A stretch of DNA of 64,000 nt from Neoconidiobolus thromboides FSU 785 (lineage: Eukaryota > Fungi > Entomophthoromycota), in NCBI GenBank assembly GCA_025603075.1, contig MU626323.1:42135-106134 (forward strand), read 5' to 3'. The translations under genes and the position numbers were made by a program. Positions 61,609 to 64,000 of the stretch are shown here, piece after piece; the first letter of the stretch is position 1, and every line of letters begins with the position of its first letter. The notes beneath the pieces are model-generated. The model made no database searches. It had not been told where the DNA came from and saw only the letters and a list, made by a program, of their open reading frames with translations.

Positions 61609-62703
61609 TTATTTTTCAGCAACTTCAACTAAAAAGGCAATAGCAAGTTTAACAAATGACTTAACATAATTAAAATCGACAGTAGCTAAAGTATCATTAA
61701 CAGTATGGGCATAAGGGCTTTCATCAATTTCGAATGGGAAAGCAGCTCTATAACCAAATTTATCCCAAGCAGCATGATCCGAACAGCCATAACCACAAAC
61801 AAGATCAATAGTAGTAAAATTAAGATATTCTACTACAATTTTTTTTAACATATCATTTAATTCCTTATTTGTATAATCAATATAAAAAGCTATTTGTTTC
61901 TTTTTTGTTAAATAACCAATCATATCAAATTGAGTCATGGCATGTACATTCTTTTGTTGATTGGAATAAGTCTGAGCTATATCTAAAGATCCTAACAAAC
62001 CTCCTTCTTCACCAGCATAAAAATGAAATTCAACTGTACGTTTTGGTCGGAAGTTACAACCTAATAAGACTCTTAATGTTTCTAAATTACCAACAACACC
62101 TGTAGCATCATCATCTGCACCTGGAGCTCTACCAGTGGCTGGATTGGTCAAATTAATTGAATCAAGGTGGGAACCAACGATTACAATCTCATTTTTTAAA
62201 ATATGATGTGAGCCGGGAATTTTTACAATAATTGATTTTTGAATAAATGAGTGACTGAAATTTTCGACAGTAATTGGAGCTTTATAATTAGAATAAGATA
62301 TTATTCCTTGAATTTGATTTCTTAACCAATTGGATGCATCTGCACCTGATTGTACTTTATAATATCGATTGTGAAATTTAGTAGTATAAATAGTTAAAAA
62401 ATCCCTCATTCGATAAATATCAATATTTTTATATGTTGATTTGACATATGATTGATATTTAAATTTAGTAGGTAATGGTTTACCTTTAGGGATAAATAAA
62501 CTAGATCTAGATCCTCTTAATTCTGTGATATCCATGAAATGCTTCTTTTTTTGAATCAATTGAGTTAATACTTCGTCTTCTGTCATTTGAATTGCTGGTT
62601 CATTTTCACTTGATTTAATTAATCTTTTACCTTCATTAGTAGTATCGATTTGAGCCAAAGCAGTGGTTAATAAAGTAGCTAATACAAATTGAATTAGTTT
62701 CAT
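61609..62703 (-). CDS. Secreted M28 leucine aminopeptidase (copy 3), intronless
   Basis: Close paralog of 41567-42658: signal peptide, propeptide, GSHLDS, GADDDATG, AGEEGGLLGS, QFDMIG and CGYGCSDH. Confidence 0.93.
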   Translation of the reverse strand: MKLIQFVLATLLTTALAQIDTTNEGKRLIKSSENEPAIQMTEDEVLTQLIQKKKHFMDITELRGSRSSLFIPKGKPLPTKFKYQSYVKSTYKNIDIYRMRDFLTIYTTKFHNRYYKVQSGADASNWLRNQIQGIISYSNYKAPITVENFSHSFIQKSIIVKIPGSHHILKNEIVIVGSHLDSINLTNPATGRAPGADDDATGVVGNLETLRVLLGCNFRPKRTVEFHFYAGEEGGLLGSLDIAQTYSNQQKNVHAMTQFDMIGYLTKKKQIAFYIDYTNKELNDMLKKIVVEYLNFTTIDLVCGYGCSDHAAWDKFGYRAAFPFEIDESPYAHTVNDTLATVDFNYVKSFVKLAIAFLVEVAEK

Positions 62704-64000
62704 TTCAAATTATTTTGATTTTGTTATCATTTTTATCATTTTTGTTATCCTTTATATATTATTTAGACTGTTCCTGTTTTATTACAATATTTGTACTGTT
62801 CAAGACCTAAACTTAAGAACCGTAGTTTTCTATAACTAAACTTTTAGAAAAGATCCCGAGTTAGTATCAAATAAGGACGCCTACTTACATTTGTACCATT
62901 TTAAAATGAATAAATTACTTTGTGTAATCCTAAAATATTGCACCATTTTGTAAATTAACGCCCCAATATTTATTCAATAACAACTTAATATACTTATAGG
63001 AACAATAGTATTTACTAGAGAGTATTTAGGTTTTTATATTTTAGAGGGTTAAGATATATAACTATTAATATATAATAAGTATAAATTTTCTATTTATATA
63101 ATTCAATACAATCCCTTTTTTACTTTAATTATTATATAATAAGAAAAGCTTTATTTTAGTTATTATATGGGGTTGTCTGAATTAGTTTCATTATCTTATC
63201 CAATTTTTGAAAAATTTTGTATTTTAAAAACTTCGCTTGAAATTCTATAAAACCAAATCTTTTATTAAAACAAAAGTACCCGGACACAGTTCTAAATCAT
63301 TCTATTATAGTTTATACTGTAATCTAGTTGAATTTCTACTAGATCTTAAATACATATTCTTATAAAACTTTATTGAGAAATATTTATTATTGACCACTTT
63401 ATAGCCAATATTGCAGATTTGTTATCAAATAAGTAAACTATTTCAATGTTATAATTACATTATTAATATATTGCCAAGTTAATAAATAGCTGCATGGGAG
63501 GGAGTGGTTGGCCCCAAAACTATAATTAACCATCGCTATATAGTACAAGGAATAATAGTTTTTACATATTATTACAGTTACTTGTTCTTTGACTATTTAT
63601 TAACTTAGCTATTAATAACCTAAGTAATCCTAACATTTAACAATCTATTTCTATCATTCAACAAACTACTTACTTGCTTAGTAAATATCGAAATTTTCAA
63701 ATTCTCTGTTATCTTCGTAAGGTAAGCTGGGATCGATCTTTTAATTTTTCTGTTTTCTATAGACTCTATAACTTTAATTGGAACTATATCGCTTTATATA
63801 TATATATCGGATACTGGATAACAATGTAGTTTGTTGTTATGCTTAATAAAGTGTAAATACTTATTAATGCCCTACATCTCTATTATTCTCTTTGTATTTT
63901 TGTTTCTTTTATACTTTTTAAAAATTATATCTGTTTTCCCATTATTAACAGTCGAGTTATTAATTTTATTATGCTCGCAAATAAAAGCCTCAAATCTTGA

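Noticed and set aside
63169-63260. Possible further MITE remnant (ATAT-GGGGTTG...TTTCATTATCTTATCC)
   Set aside because: Only the first ~45 bp resemble the family and there is no right terminus.

Overview
Very AT-rich eukaryotic DNA with short GT-AG introns, a tRNA gene and (CCCTAA)n telomere repeats. It encodes EFL (EF-1alpha-like) and secreted proteases; the best inference is an early-diverging fungus such as an entomophthoralean (Conidiobolus-like), which I cannot confirm without a search. The window alternates between compact housekeeping blocks (about 1-7.3 kb, 17.8-38.7 kb and 47.6-54.4 kb) and repeat-rich islands. The housekeeping blocks hold UXT, TRM2, tRNA-Pro, TBRG1-like, PXA1, a homeobox gene, SNAPC4-like, NDT1, EFL, TTI1, BORCS8-like, SAP30-like, PSD2, an apyrase, VMA21 and DDB1. 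The islands hold an intronless subtilisin, three intronless M28 leucine aminopeptidases, a P450 pseudogene and a 4-kb decayed ORF. They also hold about 24 copies of a ~98-bp MITE with GGG...CCC ends and 4-bp ATNT target-site duplications (Sola-like), and three copies of a ~465-bp TG...CA solo-LTR-like element that nests with the MITE in both directions. A 100-N gap at 15105-15204 joins the 3' end of a second EFL copy to a telomere array, most likely a scaffolding misjoin in which 15205 onward is a real chromosome end. Exon boundaries were read by eye; CDS coordinates are gene spans including introns.
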